Shown piece after piece: positions 38,201 to 49,100 of a stretch of DNA of 64,000 nucleotides. Position 1 is the stretch's first letter. Each line of letters begins with the position of its first letter. A program made the translations under genes and the position numbers. The notes under the pieces were generated by a model. It saw nothing but the letters and a program-made list of their open reading frames with translations. It did no database searches and was not told the origin of the DNA. Origin of the DNA: a virus. The stretch is from positions 1-64,000 of IMG/VR virus record IMGVR_UViG_3300013004_000026. One strand, written 5' to 3'.

Positions 38201-38624
38201 ATGATGTGATTGTTGTTTCAGATGCAGGCGCAAACAGCACAATGCCAACTGCGCTAATACCAATCACACCAGTGCTGACCGGAGTTTGTACCAATGCCAC
38301 TCGATTTAGGCCGCCTCGGTAAGGGGTAAGTAAGTCGATTGACTGTGCAGCTATTCTGTTGAGATTTTTGTCATTTGGAAATGCCCCAACTGTGACCAGT
38401 CCAGTGAGATTATTTGTTTGAATACGCCATGTGGTTTTGTCTGTTAGGATACTGGTTTGCACAGCATTTTCAATACCATTTCCTGTGATACTGTCCCTGG
38501 GGTCAAAGCCTGCAGAAGGGGCAGGTGCAACTGGATTTTCTACATCCAGTTGCAGACTTACTTCTGTGTTTTCTGCGTAGGTACCTAAATTGCCTTCAGG
38601 TGTTATCCAGCGTAGTTTTGCCAT
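32298..38624 (-). CDS. Large baseplate-wedge-like protein with degenerate YHYH domain, Ig-like repeats and beta-propeller repeats
   Basis: GWAIDGYPIYGPYG...NGRFCVTPEFPNGTYAYF; G.LPPGL...G.ISG Ig repeats; AVG..G.I..S.DG..W repeats; C-term DKYIKFPK. Confidence 0.7.
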   Translation of the reverse strand: MAKLRWITPEGNLGTYAENTEVSLQLDVENPVAPAPSAGFDPRDSITGNGIENAVQTSILTDKTTWRIQTNNLTGLVTVGAFPNDKNLNRIAAQSIDLLTPYRGGLNRVALVQTPVSTGVIGISAVGIVLFAPASETTITSFDSNWTVNAVAAGVLGEDASGGQPAANGTYNYRTSQFINADAWQNLLAWKSGYRHTDGHSKILGWAIDGYPIYGPYGYDNPSTIGGVVRMRSGYTLVEKSGRPLPASVSVLPGRYPGTQIPVSTTQGLYPGMELRGPWPAKTYKIVRVLSNAIQVNAEINYEFRTDTRVQGIWPLGIFVQDYEYTAPSGTTLDQSNGRFCVTPEFPNGTYAYFMSQDLDDQPTFPYIVGARFYGSLSSDEVSGVANIEPQASNLTYSLLSGQLPPGLQVVPSGRIYGFPQVVTSGDPVAREFRFTIRVKNTVNQIADRTFSIFVNQIVLPTILPTGVRGEGVGQTRGNINLSFTNRGSGYFAANVAVSISAPDLLDSESALPGKIFLFANGAIKSIGLTKAGTGYTSIPTITFSGANTTTASATIDNLTSFGIEDLGYFFDSDPVVLQINALETSPTGKLEWSVSQGRLPPGLALSQSGLISGFALAPSAAGEAGTSAYDVGGYDQYVWDFEGAADSRRYQFTIRIYDGINYSYQRYSIGIYARSFFLVDNELITADSTLYSVDRDGYLYPSIITTSVELPPVRQLQSYAYRFQAYYANPNGQVKWSVNASGPARFDQGAAPSPDDQDNVYTIVPFDNKSFDQSDLSLPGGIFLDLNTGWLLGTLGTSTSYESTYEFIVTAYVDVPISESVTSRRSSQPVKFTLKVLSAAQDLVTWNTPTNLDSIDNGAISTLQIEATSRSNTSLTYRVKSGQYLRIPQGLRLLPNGLISGRTSFDFFSIDRNTSQIQFDTGTNTYDSKFTFTVIAEDVTGQIYSEKEFSLVVKNINQRPFENLYLKALLPAGLRQVFRSIVTDANLSSNDLIYRPNDPYFGVHLDLTMLVQAGLRAETAAHYVDAMSDHHINKKINFGTIRKAVARNIDGSIKYEVLYVDVLDYNSANRPGEIISVRRNTGIDYGTLISPGLDIDDYHSVDDRITRTDDFGLITSDDLTGENTVYTNSFANMAKDIERIGYEFQGALPDWMLSVQPETNQPLGLTRGLVLAYANPGEGDKLLYRYQAALEQSGFSVGDIMNSFKFTADRYQWDRTLSENYNADSNSFVRSQTTTFNRIPSVGIVDKGAWLIETSGTGNQLTSIAYKVGAGYLAIGANSAILQSRSGEKWAADNARINFTYTLGILNSLTAGSTSVIRFPSTSVVKIGDEIAQSSIFVSNARSFVTAIENSIRVSSNIANTIVSGTALEFVSWQDGTKFYANVTRTAAAGHSEVYIDTATNIQTGYAVYTKGIDLANAAVITANVGNTLFLSNVTTNVIPTGTSITFDDLRGNIEVLVTANTTPAFVNNITFTSVGNVSANYYPRLTAINAGATVLTKYIYANISVPPSANIQAGSDLTLVHRITTTAMAGNSVINVSDTTLLPIGSQIFNVTEIANSDNTAAWASVTPFGTSMYITVRTAGINGSIFRGMNVVGPGIPITARIAEISANATYSNLTVVFANSTVAAQSNVSINFSTPESVLENTSIIAKTDTSITLSNPLTANINVGYDNVITFGLTGVVLNKVISVADRWLAVGDRGLIIQKSVADRAWSQQFGLLYGDLKSVGVRSYTSGVNTLYTYVAVGNEGTVIRSTNGEIWSLPIITLANRTLTAVYHNVDTWIAVGEGGQIITSVDDGLTWTLDNSTTSLNLYDVYYAGQWVIVGQKGSVWLKNQEDTVWQRYTAGVTDTLRSVAFVNNQYVAVGDRGSIVYSTDGTSWRQSDRFVNNQLNAVSRDTVIPVAVGTAGVVLRESPNFTVTWAIRNVRFDQINLNTVQSVTQRGYSLQTGDTLIFAQQEGFGGVNDGWNLFNETFGSEPSSGSGFDTGAYDELTIIPGYLDSINTNISNQRAGIWQVEIANDLVVLTFIRQILLNQVVTVIRETTKLFYDPLIKTGKTVPEYSLISTNLPDSTQNTSFDTEGTRFVSNRDNYTEPGALDKYIKFPKTGVFR

Positions 38625-38665
38625 GTCTGTTCCATTTTATGTATTTATGGAACTGCAAAACTGGA

Positions 38666-41600
38666 TTAGGCCTGTGCTTCGTTCCAACGAAGCGTTGCAC
38701 TTACATTGCCAATAATGCGGTCGCCTGTGCTATCAGTTGGATATAGCGCCATATTAATATACAGTGTGTCTGATCCATTTGGGAATGTACCGCGCCCACC
38801 AATGGCACTTTGAGTCAATTCTTTAATTCCGCTCAAATCCAATTGATTCGACTGCCCGGGGCTAGACACAAATTCAAATATTTTTTCACCTGCTATCGCT
38901 GCATTTCCTGTAGTAGGGGCAAAAGTTGGAATTGTTGCTATTTGTGTAAAACTCGGCTGATTACCATATGTTGTGGCATTCAAAGATGTCCAGGTTTCGT
39001 TTTCGCTGTAGTTTGCAGGGTTAAGAATACCCTGAACTAATATGCTGGTGTTAGCTCCAGTTTGGACTCTAGCCAGGCCTGGTGCATCTCCTGCTCCTAC
39101 TGCTACTTGTACATTGCCCACAGTAACATCAATGTCTTGCAGTAACAGCTGAGCTCGATTGAGCAGTTCTTTTACTCCTAGATCTCCGGTCAATCCATTA
39201 CTTGCACTTGGTGCTAGTCTAATACCAAAGTATGCCTGAAGATTACTGTATACTGGAGTCGGCGTTTGTGAATATGAGAACGCATAACCCCGGTCAAGAT
39301 CAAACCCGCCATCCATGATATATGAACTACCCCAGTGGCTCATGTTTGGACTTGCTACTAGACTAACCAGCTCAACGCCGGATCCTTCGCCGTGACTCTG
39401 CGGCACTGGACGGCCATGAATAGTTCTATATGCGCCTCCCAAGAACACATTGGCACCGGCACATCTAGTTAGGCTGTTCAATGTTGGCCACGGTATGTCG
39501 TTACGAGAAATCGAATTATACTTTATTAATTCATAGTTCATGTACACAAAACCACTGTCTGGGAAGAAGTCTGCATTTTCCACAGCCATGGTAGCTGTTA
39601 TAGAAGCTCCTAAAACACTTGTTTTTAGTGCAGTTACACCTGCGGCACCTTCATTATTAACCTCATAGCGCACTGGCAAGTTGGCACTGCGCATGGATGC
39701 GGTAACATTAATGTTGTTTTGCTTCATACGATGCATGATAATAAAGTTTGCATCGGTGCCACGAATCATGAAGTCCATAAAACCTGCGCCATACCATGTA
39801 AACTGAATACCAATCATTTGCATGTGATTTGGATCAAATTTATAACCACTTGACCCACTGCCATCCACAGTGTCGTAATTAAAATCTTCTTGCTTTATTC
39901 GAACTTCTTCCACCTTGTACATGTAGTTGCCGTCTGAAGTAACACTGCCTCTAAAATCCGGAGTCACTGAAATTTCTGTGCCGGTGGTGATAAAGTTTAC
40001 TTTGTGGACCATGCCTTTAATTACCACACGGTCGCCAATTTTAAGCTGTTGGCCCCACAGAGTATTTGCACCATAAATGGTATTTGACCCCACAGTAAAG
40101 GTAGCAGTACCTGCCAGCTGAAGTGTGCTTGTTCGCTTGACTGCGTTAAATTGACTTCCGTCATATTCCAAGAACATGCCATTGGCATCATCATGCGGGC
40201 CTGTTCTAATCACTGAGCCATGCCATCTAAACATATAGAGTTTTGGCACCTTGCTCAAATCGCCCTCAGTACTGTCCAGCAATTGCACCGCAATAACCTT
40301 AAGTTGTACATCGCTGTCCACTGCAATCACAGTGTATTGAGCATTGTAACCACCGGTAGCGATACCTTGTAGTCTAATTACTGCACCAATTTGACATCCA
40401 TGCGGTACCGCAGTCTCAATGGTAATTGTTGAGCCTATGCCAACCCCACTGGACTGAACATCTGTTACATCATAGTTGGGAGCAAACAGCACACCGGTGG
40501 TGTACAAAAATCCTTTACCAGACTGATATCGGAAATATTTTTTACTTTGGCGAGTTGCAGCCGCACCATGTACAGCACTGGCAGTTCCAAGTAATACACC
40601 GCCGTCACCTGGTCTATGTAGGAAAAATCCGTCATTGCGAGTGTACACTCTAAACTGGTTTGTATTTGTATCAGGAGCAATATTGCCCCCTGTTATAACT
40701 TGTCCACGAGCGGCAAATTCTACTTGATAAGCTGTAGGTATGCTGTTGGCATAATACCCGCCCGGTAAATTAGCAAATTGTCCAGCACTAACTGTTGAAT
40801 TTGCACCAATCATTAAAGGCATACCGGGCGTGAACCCATGCGGCGAACTGAAATGTATAGTGATACTACTAGGAGTTGCGCCGTTGCTGTTGAATTGAAT
40901 AACAGGTAGATCAGCACCAGAATAAAAACCGCCTTTGCGCACAATTGTTCTAGGACTAATAATACTGTTGTTGGTACCTGCCCAGAACGAAGTGATCTCT
41001 CCTTTGGCAAAGTATGTAAACGTGTTGGCTGTAACAGAGTATACTAGTGAAGTTCCTTGACCTCGTGTGAATCCAGGAGCATTCACATCCAGTTGCTGTA
41101 AAGTAAATGCATCGTTTACTACTAGTCCATGAAATACAGATGTCACAGTAACTAAACTTGGATTGCTACCATTTGTTTCCACAGCAGTAACTGGCAGTTC
41201 AGCACCTGGTAATTCATAAACGCTGGGATATGCGTTTACTGTTTCAAAGCCTTGCCATTTGGTACCTTGTAAACCATATTCAAAGTCAGCGTCAATCTGT
41301 GATTGAGGATTGGCCACACGCTGGCGTTCAATGGCGTCTGTGCCAAAGTCATTCCAGGTTCGTACCAATTGGTATTGTTCTTCAATGAAAATACTAATCT
41401 CATCGCTGGGGTTGTGTGTGCTGGTATCAATATCAGTTATATAGATATAGGTTTCGCCTAGTGTAATGGCATTTTGTAGTAATGCAGTACCAACCGTGCC
41501 TGTGCCTGCAGGTATGTTATCATAAGTTACCACGGTGTTGTCAGCATCGTTGGTTTTGATACCACCGGGCCTATAGGTTACAGTTGCGCCTGTGTTTTGT

Positions 41601-41776
41601 GTGTCAGCAAAGTTATAATAGATTACTCCACGAGTGACATTTGTGATCAGCAGCAGTTTGAACAGATCCTGTTTTCCTTCAACCGCGATATAACCGCTGA
41701 ACCCGTCACCACCACTGCGTCCTGCACCCACGCCGCCTGGTACAAATAAATATTTTCGAACTTGTCTTTTTGCCAT
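38666..41776 (-). CDS. Virion structural protein
   Basis: LLLITNVT...IYYNF, IDADFEYGLQ, RQSKKYFRYQSGKG, WYGAG, HWGSS as recalled from T4-like phage structural proteins. Confidence 0.7.
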   Translation of the reverse strand: MAKRQVRKYLFVPGGVGAGRSGGDGFSGYIAVEGKQDLFKLLLITNVTRGVIYYNFADTQNTGATVTYRPGGIKTNDADNTVVTYDNIPAGTGTVGTALLQNAITLGETYIYITDIDTSTHNPSDEISIFIEEQYQLVRTWNDFGTDAIERQRVANPQSQIDADFEYGLQGTKWQGFETVNAYPSVYELPGAELPVTAVETNGSNPSLVTVTSVFHGLVVNDAFTLQQLDVNAPGFTRGQGTSLVYSVTANTFTYFAKGEITSFWAGTNNSIISPRTIVRKGGFYSGADLPVIQFNSNGATPSSITIHFSSPHGFTPGMPLMIGANSTVSAGQFANLPGGYYANSIPTAYQVEFAARGQVITGGNIAPDTNTNQFRVYTRNDGFFLHRPGDGGVLLGTASAVHGAAATRQSKKYFRYQSGKGFLYTTGVLFAPNYDVTDVQSSGVGIGSTITIETAVPHGCQIGAVIRLQGIATGGYNAQYTVIAVDSDVQLKVIAVQLLDSTEGDLSKVPKLYMFRWHGSVIRTGPHDDANGMFLEYDGSQFNAVKRTSTLQLAGTATFTVGSNTIYGANTLWGQQLKIGDRVVIKGMVHKVNFITTGTEISVTPDFRGSVTSDGNYMYKVEEVRIKQEDFNYDTVDGSGSSGYKFDPNHMQMIGIQFTWYGAGFMDFMIRGTDANFIIMHRMKQNNINVTASMRSANLPVRYEVNNEGAAGVTALKTSVLGASITATMAVENADFFPDSGFVYMNYELIKYNSISRNDIPWPTLNSLTRCAGANVFLGGAYRTIHGRPVPQSHGEGSGVELVSLVASPNMSHWGSSYIMDGGFDLDRGYAFSYSQTPTPVYSNLQAYFGIRLAPSASNGLTGDLGVKELLNRAQLLLQDIDVTVGNVQVAVGAGDAPGLARVQTGANTSILVQGILNPANYSENETWTSLNATTYGNQPSFTQIATIPTFAPTTGNAAIAGEKIFEFVSSPGQSNQLDLSGIKELTQSAIGGRGTFPNGSDTLYINMALYPTDSTGDRIIGNVSATLRWNEAQA

Positions 41777-41792
41777 TTAGAAATTACTCCGA

Positions 41793-42677
41793 TTATGATC
41801 CTAATCCAATGGCGAACCCCACTACGGTTGCCGTTACATATTCTTTGGTAGTTACGCTTTTTGGTGTAGGAATCGTTGTCACCGTCAAGTTACCAAATGT
41901 GCCTATACCTGAGATAACATTTCCTGCTGTGAGATTAGCCTGAATTGTTGTGTTGGCAGTTACCAAGAGATTAGCTGTGGTTAATTTGCCAGACAACGAC
42001 GCATTAGCAGCCGTTAAGTTTCCCCAGGTGAGCGTAAGGTTAGACGCTGTAATATTTCCAACCACACTGAGTGTGGTCAAACTACCAACACTGGTCACAT
42101 GAGGTTGAGCATTGGTCAACAGTGTGCCAGTAAGCTGTGTATATGATCCTTTGAAGCCTGCAACATTTGCACCTGTGATATTGCCGCTGGTGGTGTTGAA
42201 TCCTGTGGTAGTGACATTGCCGGTTTCTACACCAGCTTGCAACTGAGTTAAACCACCAATGGTAAGTGTAGCACCGGCAATGCTGGTTTCGCTGGTAAAG
42301 CTTCTTGCAAACAGCTCACTGGTATAGGCAGAACCGCCAACGCCCAGGCCGCCGGCAATTACCACTGCACCTGTAATATTACTGGAGCTGGGTGTGGTGG
42401 ATTGAAATGTGGTTGGGTTGGCAACAGCACCACCAGAGAACAATGTCCCCACTGTGGCTATCTGCACACCATTTAGGAAAAAAGTACCACTGAGATAACT
42501 GGGTTGCACTGCTGTGAGTGAAATGTTTCCTGACGCCGTGAGATTACCAGTGACTAAATTTTGTCTAGCTTCATCTAAAAATGTGAAGTTATCGTTGGCC
42601 TTGATGAAAGCATCGCGAATACTATCCCCGGTGCCATCATTGGGTATTGCGCCAACATTAATTTCAGAAATTGCCAT
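41793..42677 (-). CDS. Short tail fibre / baseplate-attached protein
   Basis: INVGAIPNDGTGDSIRDAFIKANDNF baseplate-anchor motif; one QPxxTSVGxL repeat. Confidence 0.75.
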   Translation of the reverse strand: MAISEINVGAIPNDGTGDSIRDAFIKANDNFTFLDEARQNLVTGNLTASGNISLTAVQPSYLSGTFFLNGVQIATVGTLFSGGAVANPTTFQSTTPSSSNITGAVVIAGGLGVGGSAYTSELFARSFTSETSIAGATLTIGGLTQLQAGVETGNVTTTGFNTTSGNITGANVAGFKGSYTQLTGTLLTNAQPHVTSVGSLTTLSVVGNITASNLTLTWGNLTAANASLSGKLTTANLLVTANTTIQANLTAGNVISGIGTFGNLTVTTIPTPKSVTTKEYVTATVVGFAIGLGS

Positions 42678-42716
42678 TTGTAATCCTATTTGTCATATTT
42701 ATTCGTGCGACTCTGG

Positions 42717-43127
42717 TCAACTTGTAAATGCAGCTCTGGTAACAGTGATTTCCACATTGGTGCCAACATTGTTAGTGAATCTAAAGTTAACCTGTGTGCC
42801 CACAATAACTGCGTCAAAAGTTGCCAGCAAAAGACTGGGTTGATTACTCAGTCTAGCATATTCGGTGTAATACACAGAGTTGCTGTCATGAGTAAGCAGG
42901 ATTTCACTGGCAAATACAAATGTGCTGTAAGTTGCCTGTACAACATATTTTACAGTTCTAAATCTGTCTACGGAAAAACGATCAAGCACAGTAGTTGTTG
43001 CAGCAGCCACGGTTCGTCGGACACTACGGTTATCAACATATGGATCATGATCTTCAAATGCCAAAGAACCCAAATCTGCATTTGTTGGGATCTGGTTTGG
43101 GGCGTTACCTATGATATTGATTGCCAT
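42717..43127 (-). CDS. Small fibre-associated structural protein
   Basis: PNQIPTNADLGSLAF; FRTVKYVVQ...EILLTHD...TEYA module. Confidence 0.6.
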   Translation of the reverse strand: MAINIIGNAPNQIPTNADLGSLAFEDHDPYVDNRSVRRTVAAATTTVLDRFSVDRFRTVKYVVQATYSTFVFASEILLTHDSNSVYYTEYARLSNQPSLLLATFDAVIVGTQVNFRFTNNVGTNVEITVTRAAFTS

Positions 43128-46100
43128 TAGAATGTTCCTTCTGACTTGTTGATGGATAGTGTGCGTAATTCGTTGCCGTCAACGATGCCAGGATAAATCT
43201 GTATCTTACGAATTGTGCCGTTCAATGAATCAGTTCCTGGGCCTGTACCAAATTCAATACGCGAAACTGATTGAGGAATATTGCCGGTGGTTACAAAAAC
43301 ATTGGCAATGTTGTTGAACGCTCGGCCTATCATGTTTTTCTTGAAATAAACCGCTATTTTGTCTGTGCCAGTATTAAGGTTAGCAGTTGCCACATTTGCG
43401 GTCAATATACTTGTGTTGGTTTGCAACACACCACCGGAGTAAATTATTAAATTGGCTGTGCGATCCACTGGTGCATTTTTGTTTTCTGCCAACACTGTTA
43501 TTCTATTGTTTACAGTACCATCGTTAAAACTTACAAATGTACTGCGACGATTGTTATTTACAGCAGTGGTTGGACGGTAGTCTAGTGCTGCATCGACAAA
43601 CACAGTGCTGGCACTATAATCATACAGTCTAGCAAAATCAAAATTGTTCACAGTCAAACTATCTGCACTTCTTGTATTGGCCACCGTGGTAGTCGGAACA
43701 TAACTGGTTGCAAAATCACCAAGTTCCATTTGCAATCCAAATCCATAAATGCCTTGTCCATTGGCCCAAAACTGTTCAGATCCACTGTCTGCCAGCGCCA
43801 GCAATATATTGCCGCTGGTATTGGTCTTGGTCACTGTGCTTTGAATTCTATACCAACCATTGGCTAGAGTTTGAATACTGCTTCTATAACTTGGGCCTTC
43901 GGTGTCTACGGTGCCATTGGTCAAATCAAATATTGTTGGAGAACCTTCGTTCTCAAAAATTAATGTAGCTTGGTCTAGTTCAGCTGCCTTGACAAATGCA
44001 CTGGCAACAACCTCTTGCCCAATGCCTAATGTGGGGTGATATGTGGCATCTTGATAGATACCGTGTATGCTGTTGCTGGTATCGCCAGTGATCTTGAATG
44101 CGTTGTATAAACTATCAGGACTGGTTGTTGCATTGCTCACAGTGTCTACATTGCCGTTAAGAGTAAAATACACAGTGCTATTGGCAAAACTGTTGCTTTC
44201 GCGCAGCAGGTTCTGTCGGCTTTCTTCAATCATGATCCCCATGGGCGTAAGGTTGCTTGGGTCATGTGTAAATCTTGGTTCTTCGGCAAATGCTAGTTTC
44301 AATATACCAGTTTTTGTAAAGTAGGTAGCTGTGCTAGTTCTGCTGAAAGTTAATATCATTGGTAATTCTGAACTATTACCAAAGTCAAAATTCATAGTTG
44401 GTCGTTTGGCAGGTCTGACATTGCCCATTCCGATGGTAGTAAACACACCAGAACTTGGTGTTGCATTACCAATCGGAGTGTTGTTAATAGATGCTGCCAA
44501 GAATGCTGTAAAGTTAACATTACCAACAATAGTAGCATCACCATTGACCCAAAGATTACCAGCAGTGCTAATGCCGCCTAACACACGCAGAGCACCAGTG
44601 TTGGAGTTAAAGGTTGGAGTTGTACTGTTGATATACACATTGGCATTGCTAGCCAACCCAGCCCATTCTGATCTAGTGCTGCGAACAGGATCGGTGTCCC
44701 ATACTGCCTTGCCAATGATAACATTACTTTGGAAACTGGCGCCGCCACGAACTTGTAAAGCACCACTGTTTATGTTTGCATTACCAATTGTGTGAGCATT
44801 GGCAAATGTGTTGCCTAACACTAACCTATCGCCAATTACCACACTGTTGGCAATGCTTGCGCTCAATGCAGTAATACTGGTTATACCAGTTAAACTTCCA
44901 TTGGCTGTGATATTACCTGTGCCTGTAATATCTCCATTGGCTGTTATGCTGCCATTGAATGTCCCGCTGCCATTGGCTGTTATGCTGCCATTGGCCAATA
45001 GACTGTTTGCAAACAAATCATTAGCAACTGTTAAATCGTGGTTGATGTAAACATTACCAATTCCAACTTCGCCCCAACCACCTGTCAGGAACAATCCGCC
45101 ATTTACAGTCAGATCATTTCGAATTGTGGTGTTACCAAATCCGCTTAATGCACCTATGTTGACCGTGGTTGCTTCACCACCAATCTCAATCACTGTTACA
45201 TTACTAGAGAAAAGACTGATATTACCAACATTGCTCTTGAAGTCTACACTGGTTTGAGAGCTGTTGAAATAGATGTCTCCACCTATATGAGCATTTCCAA
45301 ATGTAAACAAATTGCTTGCAAAGTAACCGCTTTCATTAGAAATAACATTGCCTAACACTGCAATGTTAGCGCCAATACCAACACCACCGGCCACAAGTAA
45401 TGCACCTTCTAGAGGAGAAAAACTGTCAGTAGTGCTAGTAATGCGAACAACATTAGCAGTTAGGTTAGAAGTGATATTAGCTGCACTAACAAATAAGTTT
45501 GCAGCAAGCGCAACAACATTGCCGTTTGACACCACAAGGTTGTTGTTGATTTCTAGATTACCAATTGATGTATTGCCAACAATTACACCAACACCATTCA
45601 CAGTCAAATTGGTTGTGGTCAATGTAGAATTGGCATTGATGTTGCCTGCTAGCACATTACCAGCGACAGTGATGCTGTTATTGACAATGGCGTTGCTAAC
45701 CACAATGTTGCCTGCTGCTACAGTGATACTATTTGCACTGATATTGTTGCCAACCACAACATCTTGAGCATAAACAGTTGCAGAGCTTATAACATTACCA
45801 ATGGTGGAAATATTGCTTGCTACCTCTAAACTAGTCAAATTACCAACGGTGGTAATTGCCGTTTGACTTGGTGTTACAACACTGCCTTCGATGCTGGTTG
45901 TTTTTACAATTGGGCTTATCACCCAGCCAAATGTAGTGATATTGCCTGCGCTGGTAAGACTGCTTAACTGACCCACTTGCGTGATATTTGGTTGAATTGC
46001 CTGAGTCAAGAAACCGTTTTGGAATAGAGTTGCACTTATATTACCAGTTATCAACCCACTTACAGTAAGGTTACCCAAAGTGCCAACACTGGTTATGAAT

Positions 46101-49100
46101 GGTTGTGCATTGGTAAGCAGCGTTCCTTCAACTTGTGAGAATGAACCTTTGAATGTTGAAATATTGGCACTGGTTACATTTCCGGTAACAATCAATGAAC
46201 TTAGATTACCAATTGATGTAATGTTGGTCTGAGCTGTGGTTACTAGTGTACCAACTATATTTGAAAATGTTCCTGTGCTGCCACTCACATTACCTGTGCT
46301 AACATTCGCAGTAAATGTAGCTTGGTCTGCATTGAGTTGTACTGTAGTTACATTGGCAAATGATCCTGTGTTGCCACTGATGTTTCCTGAACTGATATTT
46401 CCGGTTACCGTTAAACTCGGTAGTGTGCCTATCTCAGTTATGAACGGCTGAGAATTAGTTAACAGTGTGCCAACTACATTTGTAAATGTTCCAGTGCTGG
46501 CAGTTATATTTCCAACAGCGGCATTGCCCAATACAGCCAATGCATCACTCACCGTGACATCAGTGAAAGTACCAGTGGCACCGCTTACATTACCTGTGCT
46601 GACATTGCCAGTCACAGACAATGCATCAAGTGTACCAACAGAGGTAATATTGGGCTGACTGTTGGTCAATAAGGTACCAGTGATGTTGCCAAATGTTGCA
46701 GAGTTACCAATAAGCGTGTTAATAGTACCAAAATCTGTTACAACAAGGTTACTAATTGTAAATGAAGCATCAATGCTAGCAAAAGCAAACGCATTTGCAG
46801 TAATTGTGCCTGCAACATTAAGATTGCCTAGCGTACCAACAGATGTAATATTAGTTTGTACAGGTGTCAGCAGAGTGCCTACCAGGCCGGTAAATGCACC
46901 AGTGACAGCACTTACATTACCTGTGTTTAAGTTTCCTGTTATGGTTAGGTTGGCTAGTGTGCCAATTTGTGTAATATTTGGTTGCAGAGAGGTTCGTAAA
47001 CTACCCACTAGGCCAGTGAATTCTCCAACGGTGCCAAGCACATTGCCTTGTGCAAAAACATGTGATGCAGATCTTACCACACCAAGATTGGCATTGGTAG
47101 CGTTTAGGTCAAGAGTAGTAGTTCCAACAACATCAATATTGGCGCCAAGAATTGCACCTGAGGTTGTTACAGAATTTAATACTCCCACACTGGTTATGTT
47201 AGGTTGTGCAGCAGTTTGCAGAGTACCTGCAACTATGTTAAATGTACCTTGGGTGGCTGTGACATTGCCTGCGTTGACATTGCCTGCAATTGCAAATGCA
47301 TTTGGAGTAGTCCACACACCATCATATATGGTAAGATTACCAAATGCTCCGCCTTGCCCAATTAAAATACCTGATCCTCGGGCAGCAGTGGCACTCACTG
47401 CGCCATTGGCCAAGGTTAAATCTAGATCTGATGTGGTAACATTTCCAGCACTGACTGTGGTGGTATTACCATTAACAAACAAATTGCCTGTTACATAAAA
47501 ATCTTGTGCAACAAATTGTGATCCTGATATTTCAACTGGGCCGTTTACACGCAGTTCTGTCAGTATACCAACTGATGTAATGTAAGGCTGTGAGTTGATG
47601 TACAATAGACCATTCAGAGTACTGAAGTCACCAATGTCTGCATGTACATAGCTACCAGTTCCGGTGCTGAACAAGTTGCCGGTAATATTGAGATTGCCTG
47701 CATTTACATTGCCAGTTGTGATATTAGTATTAGCATTTATATTTCCAACCAACAAAGTGCTGCTTACAAAAGCATTGGTAGCAACTAGATTACCCAACAG
47801 TGTTACCGCAGTGACACTACTGTTGCTGACTACAGTATCTGCTCTGGCCTGACCATTTACATTCAGACCATTGAGTGTGCCCACACTGACAATGTTGGGC
47901 TGAGTGCCTGTGTTTATTGGTCCGCGTATGTCGTCGCTAACCAAGGTAAGAGCAGTTAGGTTAGAAGTAAAAACTTTACCAAATGCTACATTGGCTGCCT
48001 GAATGGTGCTGACATTACCAAACACTATCAAGTTGCCAGCAATTTCCAAATTGGTCAAATTGCCCAGTGTAGTAATATTTGGTTGTGCAGCAGTTAGAAC
48101 AGTGCCTTCAACATTGCCTGCTCGTAATGTGCCAGCGGTGGTCAAGTTACCTGCTGTGGTGTTGCCAGTGACACTGAGATTAACCAAAGTACCAACACGA
48201 GTGATTGCTGTTTGCGCAGTGGTTAAGATGTTACCAACAAATCCGTCGCTGGCGGTCATTCTAAATGCGCTTACATTACCACTAGTATTCAAATTGCCCA
48301 CTGTGGCATTACCGCTCACAGCAATTGTTCCAAGAGTACCTACACTGGTAATGTTTGTTTGAGCAGGTGTAAGCAAGGTGCCTGTCAAACTAGTAAAGGC
48401 ACCAGTTGCACCAGAAACATTGCCAGATGAAATATTACCTACCACTGTGAGGCTGGTAAGATTACCAACAGCAGTGATGTTTGGCTGCGATGCAGTTCTC
48501 AATGGGCCAAAAATTTGACTAGAGGTCAAGCGATCCGCGGTGATGTTGCCGTCAACATCTAGGTCGTCAAGAGTGCCGACTGTGGTTATGTTTGGTTGTG
48601 CTGCGGTTAAGATTGTTCCACTGACCACAGAGAAATTGCCATGGTATGCTCGAACATTGCCCATGATCACATTACCTGACAGGTCTGGCAATGTTATATT
48701 GGCTATTGCCGCATTGGCCGCAGCAACATTGGCTTGTAATGATTGTATACTATTGTGTTGTACAACATCATTGGCAATCAAATTGGTGATTGCCACGGCC
48801 TGACTAGACGCATTGCTGGTCAAGGTAGATAGGGTAGTGGCCTGAGCAGCAGCATTGGCAGTCCAGGCCACTGTTACCGCAGCAATAGCAGCATTTGCCG
48901 CCTCTACATTTGCTCGCAGTGCAGCAATCTGCACATTGGCAATAGTAAGATTGGCTGCGGCTATTTGTGCATTGGCAGCACTCAAATTGGCATTGAGAGA
49001 GGCAATTTGTTGTGCCTGAGTTACGCTGTTGGCAGTGAGGGTGTTTAACAGCGTGGCCTGCGTAATTGCATTGGCTGTGGTAACTGAGTCAAGAGTTATA

